Assembly (NCBI RefSeq): GCF_006345805.1
Contig: NC_043005.1
Span: 74,028,001 to 74,092,000 of the forward strand
Direction of reading: 5' to 3'
Source: Octopus sinensis
Lineage: Eukaryota
Length of the DNA: 64,000 nt
Positions 29,001 to 41,034 of this stretch are shown here, one piece after another; the first letter of the stretch is position 1; each line of letters starts with the position of its first letter. The translations under genes and the position numbers were made by a program. Below the pieces are notes generated by a model. That model ran no database searches and was not told where the DNA came from. It saw only the letters and a list, made by a program, of their open reading frames with translations.

Positions 29001-32000
29001 TCGTTGTTCCTGATGGTGCAACAGTTGTTGTTGCTGATGGTGCAGCAGTTGTTGTTCCTGAAGGTGCAGCGGTTGGTGTTGCTGATGGTGCAGCAGTTGG
29101 TGTTTTTGATGGTGCAGCAGTTGATGTTGCTGAGGGAGCCGCAGTTGTTGTTGTTGATAATGCAGCAGTTGTTGTAGTTGCGGTTGAAGGAGTCGTTGTT
29201 GCTGATGGTGCAGCAGTTGTTGTAGTTGCAGTTGGAGTCGTTGTTGCTGATGGTGCAGCGGTTGTTGTTGCTGATGGTGCAGCAGTTGTTGTTCTTGGTG
29301 GTGCAGCAGTTGTTGTTGCTGATGGAGCAGCAGTTGTTGTTGCTGATGGTGCAGCAGTTGTTGTAATTGCTGTTGAAGGAGTCGTTGTACCTGATGGTGC
29401 AGCAGTTGTTGTTGCTGAGGGTGCAGCAGTTGTTGTACTTGCTGTTGACGGAGTCGGTGTTCCTGATGGTGCAACAGTTGTTGTAGTTGCTGTTGAAAGA
29501 GTCGTTGTTGCTGATGGTGCAGCAGTTGTTGTAGTTGCTGTTGAAGGAGTCGTTGTAGCTGATGGTGCAGCAGTTGTTGTAATTGCTGTTGAAGGAGTCG
29601 TTGTACCTGATGGTGCAGCAGTTGTTGTTCCTGATGGTGCAGCAGTTGTTGTACTTGCTGTTGACAGAGTCGTTGTTGCTGATGGTGCAACAGTTGTTGT
29701 AGTTGCTGTTGAAACAGTCGTTGTTGCTGATGGTGCAGCAGTTGTTGTAGTTGCTGTTGAAGGAGTCGTTGTAGCTGATGGTGCAGCAGTTGTCGTTGCT
29801 GATGGTGCAGCAGTTGTTGTAGTTGCTGTTGAAGGAGTCGTTGTTCCTGGTGGTGCAGCAGTTGTTGTTGCTGATGGTGCAGCAGTTGTTGCTGATGGTC
29901 CTAGAGTGGATGCCGCGGTTCCAGCAGTTGTTGATAATGCAGGAGTTGTTGCTGTTCCAGCAGTTGTTCTTCCTGATGGTCCCACAATTGTTGTTGCTGA
30001 TGTTGCAGCAGTTGTTGATGTTGCAGTTGTCTCCCCCGTTACACCAGATGTATATTTAGAAAAGATAACTGTAGGTGTACTTGCAGAAGTTTTTGTTGCA
30101 GGAGTCGTTTTTGCTGATGGTGCAGCAGTTGTTGTAGTTGCTGATGGTGCCGCAGTTGTTGTACTTGCTGTTGAAGGAGTCGTTGTTACTGATGGTGCAG
30201 CGGTTGTTGTTCCTGGTGGTGCAGCAGTTGTTGTAGTTGCTGTTGAAGGAGTCGTTGTTACTGATGGTGCAGCAGTTGTTGCTGACGGTGCAGCAGTTGT
30301 TGTAGATGCTGTTGAAGGAGTCGTTGTTCCTGATGGTGCAGCGGTTGTTGTTCCTGATGGTGCAGCAGTTGTTGCTGATGGTGCAGCAGTTGTTGTAGTT
30401 GCTGTTGAAGGAGTCGTTGTTGCTGATGGTGCAGCAGTTGTTGTAGTTGCTGTTGAAGGAGTCGTTGTTGCTGATGGTGCAGCGGTTGTTGTTCCTGATG
30501 GTGCAGCAGTTGTTGCTGATGGTGCGGCAGTTGTTGTAGTTTCTGTTGAAAGAGTCGTTGTTGCTGATGGTGCAGCAGTTGTTGTAGTTGCTGTTGAAGG
30601 AGTCGTTGTTGCTGATGGTGCAGCGGTTGTTGTTCCTGATGGTGCAGCAGTTGTTGTTGCTGATGGTGCAGCAGTTGTTGTAGTTACTGTTGAAGGAGTC
30701 GTTGTTCCTGATGGTGCAGCGGTTGTTGTTCCTGGTGGTGCAACAGTTGTTGTAGTTGCTGTTGAAGGAGTCGTTGTTCCTGATGGTGCAGCAGTTGTTG
30801 TTGCTGATGGTGCAGCAGTTGTTGTACTTGCTGTTGATGGAGTCGTTGTTGCTGATGGTGGAACAGTTGTTGTAGTTGCTGTTGAAAGAGTCGTTGTTGC
30901 TGATGGTGCAGCAGTTGTTGTAGTTGCTGTTGAAGGAGTCGTTGTTCCTGATGGTGCAGCGGTTGTTGTTCCTGATGGTGCAGCAGTTGTTGTTGCTGAT
31001 GGTGCAGCAGTTGTTGTAGTTGCTGTTGAAGGAGTCGTTGTAGTTGCTGTTGAAGGAATCGTTGTTCCTGGTGGTGCAGCGGTTGTTGTTCCTGATGGTG
31101 CAGTTGTTGTTGTAGTTGCTGTTGAAGGAGTCGTTGTTCCTGATGGTGCAGCAGTTGTTGTAGTTGCTGTTGAAAGAGTCGTTGTTCCTGATGGTGCAGC
31201 AGTTGTTGTAGTTGCTGTTGAAGGAGTCGTTGTTCCTGATGGTGCAGCGGTTGTTGTTCCTGATGGTGCAGCAGTTGTTGTTCCTGATGGTGCAGCAGTT
31301 GTTGTAGTTGATGTTGAAGGAGTCGTTGTTCCTGATGGTGCAGCAGTTGTTGTTGCTGATGGTGCAGCAGTTGTTGTAGTTGCTGTTGAAAGAGTCGTTG
31401 TTGCTGATGGTGCAGCAGTTGTTGTTGCTGATGGTGCAGCAGTTGTTGTAGTTGCTGTTGAAGGAGTCGTTGTAGCTGATGGTGCAGCAGTTGTTGTTGC
31501 TGATGGTGCAGCAGTTGTTGTAGTTGCTGTTGAAAGAGTCGTTGTTGCTGATGGTGCAGCAGTTGTTGTAGTTGCTGTTGAAGGAGTCGTTGTTCCTGGT
31601 GGTGCAGCAGTTGTTGTAGTTGCTGTTGAAAGAGTCGTTGTTCCTGATGGTGCAGCAGTTGTTGTAGTTGCTGTTGAAGGAGTCGTTGTTCCTGATGGTG
31701 CAGCGGTTGTTGTTCCTGATGGTGCAGCAGTTGTTGTTGCTGATGGTGCAGCAGTTGTTGTAGTTGCTGTTGAAGGAGTCGTTGTTCCTGGTGGTGCAGC
31801 AGTTGTTGTTGCTGATGGTGCAGCAGTTGTTGCTGATGGTCCTAAAGTGGATGCCGCAGTTCCAGCAGTTGTTGATAATGCAGGAGTTGTTGCTGTTCCA
31901 GCTGTTGTTCTTCCTGATGGTCCCACAATTGTTGTTGCTGATGTTGCAGCAGTTGTTGATGTTGCAGTTGTCTCCCCCGTTACACCAGATGTATATTTAG

Positions 32001-35000
32001 AAAAGATAACTGTAGGTGTACTTGCAGAAGTTTTTGTTGCAGGAGTCGTTTTTGCTGATGGTGCAGCAGTTGTTGTAGTTGCTGTTGAAGGAGTTGTTGT
32101 TACTGATGGAGCAGCGGTTGTTGTTCCTGGTGGTGCAGCAGTTGTTGTAGTTGCTGTTGAAGGAGTCGTTGTTACTGATGGTGCAGCAGTTGTTGTAGTT
32201 GCTGTTGAAGGAGTCGTTGTTACTGATGGTGCAGCAGTTGTTGCTGACGGTGCAGCAGTTGTTGTAGATGCTGTTGAAGGAGTCGTTGTCCCTGATGGTG
32301 CAGCGGTTGTTGTTCCTGATGGTGCAGCAGTTGTTGCTGATGGTGCAGCAGTTGTTGTAGTTGCTGTTGAAGGAGTCGTTGTTCGTGATGGTGCGGCAGT
32401 TGTTGTAGTTGCTGTTGAAGGAGTCGTTGTTACTGATGGTGCAGCGGTTGTTGTTCCTGATGGTGCAGCAGTTGTTGCTGATGGTGCAGCAGTTGTTGTA
32501 GTTGCTGTTGAAGGAGTCGTTGTTCGTGATGGTGCGGCAGTTGTTGTAGTTGCTGTTGAGGGAGTCGTTGTTACTGATGGTGCAGCAGTTGTTGTAGTTG
32601 CTGTTGAAGGAGTCGTTGTTACTGATGGTGCAGCGGTTGTTCCTGATGGTGCAGCAGTTGTTGTAGTTGCTGTTAAAGGAGTCGTTGTTACTGATGGTGC
32701 AGCAGTTGTTGTAGTTGCTGTTGAAGGAGTCATTGTTCCTGATGGTGCAGCGGTTGTTGTTCCTGATGGTGCAGCAGTTGTTGTTGCTGATGGTGCAGCA
32801 GTTGTTGTAGTTGCTGTTGAAGGAGTCATTGTTCCTGATGGTGCAGCGGTTGTTGTTCCTGATGGTGTAGCAGTTGTTGTTGCTGATGGTGCAGCAGTGG
32901 TAGTTGCTGATGGTGCAGCAGTTGTTGTAGTTGCTGTTGAAGGAGTCATTGTTCCTGATGGTGCAGCGGTTGTTGTTCCTGATGGTGCAGCAGTTGTTGT
33001 TGCTGATGGTGCAGCAGTTGTTGTAGTTGCCGTTGAAGGAGTCGTTGTTCCTGATGGTGCAGCGGTTCTTGTTCCTGATGGTGCAGCAGTTGTTGTTGCT
33101 GATGGTGCACCAGTTGTTGTAGTTGCTGTTGAAGGAGTCGTTGTTCCTGATGGTGCAGCAGTTGTTGTAGTTGCTGTTGAAGGAGTCGTTGTTCCTGATG
33201 GTGCAGCGGTTGTTGTTCCTGATGGTGCAGCAGTTGTTGTTGCTGATGGTGCAGCATTTGTTGTAGTTGCTGTTGAAGGAGTCGTTGTTCCTGATGGTGC
33301 AGCGGTTGTTGTTCCTGATGGTGCAGCAGTTGTTGTTGCTGATGGTGCAGCAGTTGTTGTAGTTGCTGTTGAAGGAGTCGTTGTTCCTGATGGTACAGCA
33401 GTTGTTGTAGTTGCTGTTGAAGGAGTCGTTGTTCCTGGTGGTGCAGCGGTTGTTGTTCTTGATGGTGCAGCAGTTGTTGTAGTTGCTGTTGAAGGAGTCG
33501 TTGTTACTGATGGTGCAGCAGTTGTTGTTGCTGATGGTGCAGCAGTTGTTGTAGTTGCTGTTGAAGGAATCGTTGTTCCTGATGGTGCAGCGGTTGTTGT
33601 TCCTGATGGTGCAGCAGTTGTTGTTGCTGATGGTGCAGCAGTTGTTGTAGTTGCTGTTGAAGGAGTCGTTGTTCCTGATGGTGCAGCGGTTGTTGTTCCT
33701 GATGGTGCAGCAGTTGTTGTTGCTGATGGTGCAGCAGTTGTTGTAGTTGCTGTTGAAGGAGTCGTTGTTCCTGATGGTGCAGCAGTTGTTGTAGTTGCTG
33801 TTGAAGGAGTCGTTGTTCCTGGTGGTGCAGCAGTTGTTGTTGCTGATGGTGCAGCAGTTGTTGCTGATGGTCCTAGAGTGGATGCCGCAGTTCCAGCAGT
33901 TGTTGATAATGCAGAAGTTGTTGCAGTTCCAGCAGTTGTTCTTCCTGATGGTCCCACAAGTGTTGTTGCTGATGTTGCAGCAGTTGTTGTAGTTGCAGTT
34001 GAAGGAGTCGTTGTTGCTGATGGTGCAACAGTTGTTGTTCCTGATGGTGCAGCGGTTGTTGTTCCTGATGGTGCAGCAGTTGTTGTTGCTGATGGTGCAG
34101 CAGTTGTTCCTGTTGGTGCAGCAGTTGGTGTTGCTGATGGTGCGCCAGTTGTTGTAGTTACTGTTGAAGGAATCGTTGTTGCTGATGGTGCAACAGTTGT
34201 TGTTCCTGATGGTGCAGCAGTTGGTGTTGCTGATGGTGTGGCAGTTTCTGTAGTTACTGTTGAAGGAGTCGTTGTTGCTGATGGTACAACAGTTGGTGTT
34301 GCTGAAGTTGCAGCAGTTGTTGTTGCTGATGGTGCAGCAGTTGTTCCTGTTGGCGCAGCAGTTGTTGTAGTTACTGTTGAAGGAGTCGTTGTTGCTGATG
34401 GTGCAGCAGTTGTTGTTGCTGTTGCAGCCTCAGTTGTTGTTCCTGATGGTGCAGCAGTTGTTGTTCTTGATGGTGCAGCAGTTGTTGTTCTTGATGGTGC
34501 AACAGTTGTTGTAGTTGCGGTTGAAGGAGTCGTTGTTGCTGATGGTGCAGCAGTTGTTGTTGCCGATGGTGCAGCAGTTGTTGTTGCTGATGGTGCGGCC
34601 GTTGTTGTTGCCGATGGTGCGGCCGTTGTTGTTGCTGATGGTGAGGCCGTTGTTGTTGCTGATGGTGCAGCTGTTGTTGTTGCTGATGGTGCAGCAGTTG
34701 TTGTTGCTGATGGTGCAGTGGTTGTAGTTCCTGATGGTGCAGCAGTTGTTGTTCCTGATGGTGCAGTAGTTGTTTCCACCGTTACACCAGATGTATATTT
34801 AGAAAATACAACTGTAGGTGTGCTTGCAGCAGTTGTTGTTGAGGGCACAACTGTGGTTGCTGTGGTCCCAACTGCTGTTGTCTTCATACTACTTGTGGAT
34901 GCTATAGATGGTGTCAATGAACTCAGTATTGTTGAGCCTGTAGAAGAGAAAACAACTTTCATTAATTCATCATCATCTTTTTAACGTCTGCTTGCCATGC

Positions 35001-38000
35001 TAACATGGGTTGGACGATTTGACTAAGGTCTGGCAAACCAGATGGCTGCACTAGGCTCCAATCTGATCTGGCACAGTTTCTACAGCTGGATGTCCTTCCT
35101 AACATCAACCACTCCGACAGTATAGTGGGTGCTTTTATGTGCCACCAGCCCGAGGGCTAGTCAGGCGGTACTGGCAACAGTCACACTCAAATGTAGCTTT
35201 TTATGTACCACCTGCACAGGCGCCAGTCCAGCAGTACTGGCAATGATCTCGCTCAAATTTTTTTTCACGTGCCACCAGCACAAGTGCCTGTAAGGCGATG
35301 CAGGTAACAATCATGCTCGAATGATGCTTTTAACGTGCCCTTCAATATTCTATTCTTTATATTTTCTTGAATATTTTAGTCTTCATATTTTTTTATATTA
35401 ATATCTACGGCTTAAATACATATTAACTTTTAATGCAATGAGTATGTCTATGGTAGGTTTGTTTAAACCATTATGCGTTTACCAATAAAATATTGTGATA
35501 TCTTATCATCATCATCATCATTATCATCATCATTTAACATCTGCTTCCCATTCTAGCATGGGTTGGACGAATGACTGAGGGCTGGCGAACCAGATGGCTG
35601 CACCAGGCTCCAATCTTGATCTGGAAGAGTTTCTATAGCTGGATGCCCTTCCTAACGCCAACCACTCCGAGAGTGTAGTGGGTGCTTTTATGTACCACCG
35701 GCACGGGACCAGTCAGGCGGTACTGGCAACGACCTCGCTCGAATCTTTTACACATATCACTGGCACAGGTGCCAGTAAGGCGATGCTGGTAATGATCAGT
35801 TGTGATGTGCAAGAGAGAAGACTGCGCTGGTATGGCCATGTGTCAAGAATGGATGTGGATAGCTGTGTGAAAAAGTGCCACACCCTACCAGTTGAGGGAA
35901 CCTGTGGAAGAGGTAGACCCAGGAAGACCTGGAATGAGATGGTGAAGCATGACTTTCAAACATTGGGCCTCACCGAGGCAATGACTAGTGACCGGGACCT
36001 TTGGAAATATGTTGTGTTTGAGAAGACTCAGCAAGCTCAAGTGAGACCATAACCTTGTGGCCTATGCCAGGGGTGTAACCAACCCACTTATGCATACCTT
36101 TCCTTCATTGGACACTAAGCTCTACTTGCGAAGACCTATTGAGGCAAGTGAAATCAAAATCAAATTTGATGACTGGTATCCATGCTAGTGGAGTGCTAAG
36201 CATACCATACGAGTGATCATTGCCAGAACAACAAGCTGGCATGTAAAAAACACCATTCGAGCGTGATCATTACCTGCATCGCCTTACTGGCACTTGTGCT
36301 GGCAGCACGTGAAAAAACATTCAAGCAAGGTCATTGCCAGTGCAGCTGGACTGGCTCCTGTGCAGGTGGCACATAAAGAGCACCATTTGGGCATGGCTGT
36401 TGCCAGTACTGCCTGACAGGCCCTCATGCCAGTAGCACATAAAAGCACCCACTACACTCTCGGAGTGGTTGGCATTAGGAAGAGGATCCAGCTGTAGAAA
36501 CTCTGCCAGATCAGATTGGAGCCTTGTGCAGCCATCTGAAGAACTAGAAGTTCTTCAAGGCAGTGCCCCAGCATGGCCACAGTTTACTAACTTAAACAAG
36601 TAAAAGGTGAAAAAATAAGTGAGGTGTATGTGTGTTTGTGTATATGTATGTGGTGTATGTATGTATGCATAAATACAAACTTGTTCTCAGTTCAAATATG
36701 TTTGAGGCATATTCAAACCCTTATGAAAGCCATTCACTGTGTATTTGTGTGTGTGTGAGATGTGTGTACGCACATGTATGCAAGTGTGTGTGTGTGTCAG
36801 CAAACTGGATAGCTAAAATTAGTTATTTAATAAGACATTAAAGCCAAGAAACTGTTAAATAACAAACCTGCTGAAGTCTTAGTGTATTTTGGTGTCAGTG
36901 GAGAAGTACCAGTGGATGCTATAAAAATGAATGAAATATAAATGAAAAAAATATAAACGATTTTAGTTCTAATTTCATCAATATCTATAAAACTGAAATG
37001 CGAAAAAGTTGTTTGAGTTTTTGGTTATTTGTCTCATTTTGGGAGGGGAACGGTTTAAGGTGCGGTAGATGGGGTCGGATTGGCAACAAAAATTTCCACT
37101 GGGGGTAAAATGGGGTGGGCAATGGTGTGAGGAGGGTTGCAAGTCACTCAGGGCTACCGTTTGGTTGCTATCACCACCAAAACCCGAGTGAAGCACAGGT
37201 CAAAAAAGCTAGTGTTGTTATAAAACTCAAAGAAGATAAAAAGTAAAATGGACTACACTAAGATTTATATTCAGAACAATGATGTCACCAGTGAAATAGA
37301 ATTAGCCATCTGGTGGCGAGCTGGCAGAAGCGTTAGCATGTCAGGTGAAATTCTTAGTAGCATTTCATCTGCTGTTACATTCTGAGTTCAAATTCCGCCA
37401 AGGTCGACTTTGCCTTTCGTCCTTTTGGGGTCGATAAATTAAGTACCAGTTACGCACTTAATCCCTTTGTCTGTCCTTGTTTGTTCCCTCTATGTTTAGC
37501 CCTTTGTAGGTAATAAAGAAATAAGAATTAACCATCTGGTTACATATTCCTATAATTTTGTCTACCCAGGACTATGCATCGTTTCATCAGTATTGGTATT
37601 AGATTGATTCTCTGTTGGTTACAACAAGGGTTTCAGCTGATCCGATCTACGAAACAGCTTGCTTGTGGCTAAACACTCCACAGACACGTGTAGCATTAAT
37701 ATAGCTTTTAGGGAGATTCAGCTTAACACAGAATGTGACAAGGCTCACCCTTTGAATTACAGGTACTACAATTTTTGTCAGCTGAGTGAACTTGGAGCAA
37801 TGTAAAATAAAGTGTCTTGCTCAAGGACACAATATGTCACCAGAAATTGAACTCATGACTTTACAATTGGGAACTGAATACCCTGACCACTAAGCCACAC
37901 TTCTTCATCAGTATTAGTATCAGTCAGTGATCCACCTGAACCAAAAAGAAAGCATGAATAGTCAACTGACAGACAAATCTGCCTTCAAAGAATGTCCTGT

Positions 38001-40982
38001 TTCAACCAGTTTTAACTCTTAACTCTTTTGTTACCATATTGCTGTTGAAATTACTGCCTTTGTTTTAATTAATTTTGAAAATAATGAAGTCAGTTAAATA
38101 ACAGTAATTGGTGTTTAGAACATGAATTAACCCTTTAGCATTCGGATTACTCTTGAATTAATCATGCACTCTCTTGTAGCTTTGAGACTTCAATGAAGTG
38201 AGTGTATGTTTCTAGAATGATGTTGTTGGGTAGGTATGAAAGGTCAAAGATGGCTGGTTTGGAGATAAAACAGTTAAATATTTGGGCTGGATATGGCCAG
38301 TTTAAATGCTAAAGGCGGCGATCTGGCAGAAATGTTAGCATGCTAGGCGAAATGCTTAGCAGTATTTCGTCTGCCATTACGTTCTGAGTTCAAATTCTGC
38401 CAAGGTCGACTTTGCCTTTCATCCTTTTGAGGTCAATAAATTAAGTACCAGTTATGCACTGGGGTTGATATAATCGACTTAATCCGTTTGTCTGTCCTGG
38501 TTTGTCCCCTCTGTGTGTAGCCCCTTGTAGGCAGTAAAGAAATAAGTTTAAATGCTAAAGGATTAATATGTAATTTTGATGGGAAAATTTAAATTTAGAT
38601 TACTTTAACACAGGTCTGTATCATTGGACTAAGGATAGTTTCAGGCAGGTCAGGATCAAATGAGTTAAATATTAGAATAGAAAACTACATAAAATATATT
38701 AGAAAGCACAAAAATATGTAGCACTGAAATTTAAGAAATTTATAGTGATGTCTAGTTCCAGACACCATTTTGGGATTTTCATCCACACTTGCACAGGGTT
38801 TAGTCTTCCGGAAGACTTGCTGGAATCCCCTTATGCACATGCACAGTCATCAGCAGCAGCTAGGTTTGACCGCTATTCTCTGTCTTCACCCCTCTGCCGA
38901 CCGAGACACTCACGACTAGGACCCGCTCCGTGTGAAGGCCAATCTGTGAAGAATGCCTTCACAATTGTGATTCAACTGATTCTGCTGCTTCTACTTGCCA
39001 GCATCCAGGCTACCGATGTCCAGAGATGAAATGTTTATTTCGGTGAAAATAAATTATTTATTGTTATTTGTTCGGAGATTCTTGTTCCCGCTATTTTCCT
39101 TTCTACAACTATGTAAAGAATTGTGAGACACCCAACCAGGGCCACACTCACTTCCTACAAAGTAATATTTTTCTCCAAATTATTTTTCTGTAAAAATGCT
39201 TCTGTCTAGAATTCTGTTCCTACCTGTATTTACCTATATAACAACTAGTTAGTAACAGTTCAAACCCACCACTTTTTTTTTTCTCTCACTCTCTCACCAA
39301 CACTGAATAATTAGTAGTCTACAGTAGATATATTTAAATAATTGGATATTGTGTTTCATAATTGGTATATTAAGATTTTAGCCATCATTGCCATGTATGT
39401 ATAACAAAAAAAAAAAAAAAAAACCCCAGTAAAGAGCATCCTTTTTCAACCTCTGTTCCTGTTAGGATTTAAACTGAATCATAAACATTGGCAAGAAATA
39501 TCATATATAAATTGTTCCTGCTGAATACTTTGGTCTGTTTTTCCAAACCCGTAGAATTTGAATTACCAGAATTTTAACAAAATCATTGACGATTAAATAT
39601 CTTGAGCTTGGGATATAAAGTAATGCCAACGCTAGGATATAAACAGTAAGCCATTCAACCTAATACACATAACCTAATATACCTGGACATTTTAACTTGA
39701 CACAAGGATCTTACATTTTTATTATATTTTTTAAGAAATAAAAAGTGTCAGACAATGATATTCCTGCCTTTCCTAAAAATATTTGTACCATAAATGAAAT
39801 GATATAGCATTAACAAAGAATCAAGTCCAGCTCACAGAAGTAATTCTTCTCTAGAGTTTATATATTAGTGTCTAACTTCACAGTTTTCCCCTACAGTATT
39901 TTAAACATATAACATGTAAACCAATCAAAGATATTTGAAAAATGTCAATATAAAATAACTTCATAAAACTTATCACTGAGACATTAGTGTTAATAATATA
40001 ATAGAAGTAAAATCTGACATTTAAGACAACGCTTGAAACATGACAGTGAAACTGAAATGAAATGTCACTAAGCTGTCTTCACTTTTGACATATTTAAAGC
40101 AACTTAAGTTTACATAACACATGAATGTATGAATGAATAATCCTACCATCATGGTTGAGATTAGGATAAAATGAAAATAGGATAAAGATCCTTCCTGAAT
40201 GATATAGACTCTTAGGTCTGGTTTTCCGGTTTCCTTGGCATGTATATATTTTCCCCCTGAATGGGATGCTAGTCCATCGCAGGATTACTCATTTTTACCA
40301 GCTGAGTGGACTGGAGCAACGGTGAAATGGAGTGTTTTGCTCAAGGACACAACACATCCACCAGTTGAGAAATCGAAACCACAAACTTATGATCATGAGT
40401 CCAACGCCCTAACCACTAAGCCATGTGTCTCTGCATGTCGAGATTAGGGGCCTCAAACAGTTGTGTAGCAAGGAGAAGATAACGGGGTGATCCACCTTGT
40501 GTGGAACTTCTATGGGGGAAGCACTTTTGGATCTGCTGTATAAAGCAGTATCAGCTTTGGGGGCTTGGAGATGGGGAGCAAATTTAAGGGTTGTCCTAGG
40601 CAGCACCACTGGAATCAGGTACAACTCATTTAATGTGTTTCTTGCATTCTTCAGAAGGGGGAGTATCATAGCCATGTGCTGAGAGGAATTCTTTGGGGTT
40701 TGAATAATTCACCTCTGGAAACATGGGTGTTTCATTCATCATTCTTAAAGAGGCCACTAAGCATTTTGCCCGATGTGCTAGGCATAAGGCTTGAAATTTT
40801 AGGGCAAGAGGGCTAGTCAATTACATTAACTCCAGTGTGCAAATGGTACTTATTTCATCAACCCCAAGAGGATGAAAGTCAAAGTCTACCTTGGTAAAAT
40901 TTGAACTCAGAATGTAATGATGAATTAAAAGACTGCTAAGCATTTTGCCCAGTATTCTAATGACTCTGCTAACCCTCCTTAA

Positions 40983-41034
<52 letters not shown>

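Noticed and set aside
27672-33257. Poly-Gln/His/Leu ORFs on the minus strand
   Set aside because: Shifted-frame readings of the PTS exon.
26780-34984. 2734-aa Val/Ala/Gly/Asp ORF on the plus strand
   Set aside because: Antisense shadow of the Thr/Ala/Pro/Ser codon repeats. Its ends track the minus-strand exon, and splice signals and neighbouring exons support only the minus strand.
38745-39160. Possible solo LTR or 94-aa ORF
   Set aside because: GC-richer with an AATAAA, but no clear TG...CA boundaries, TSD or protein motif could be established.
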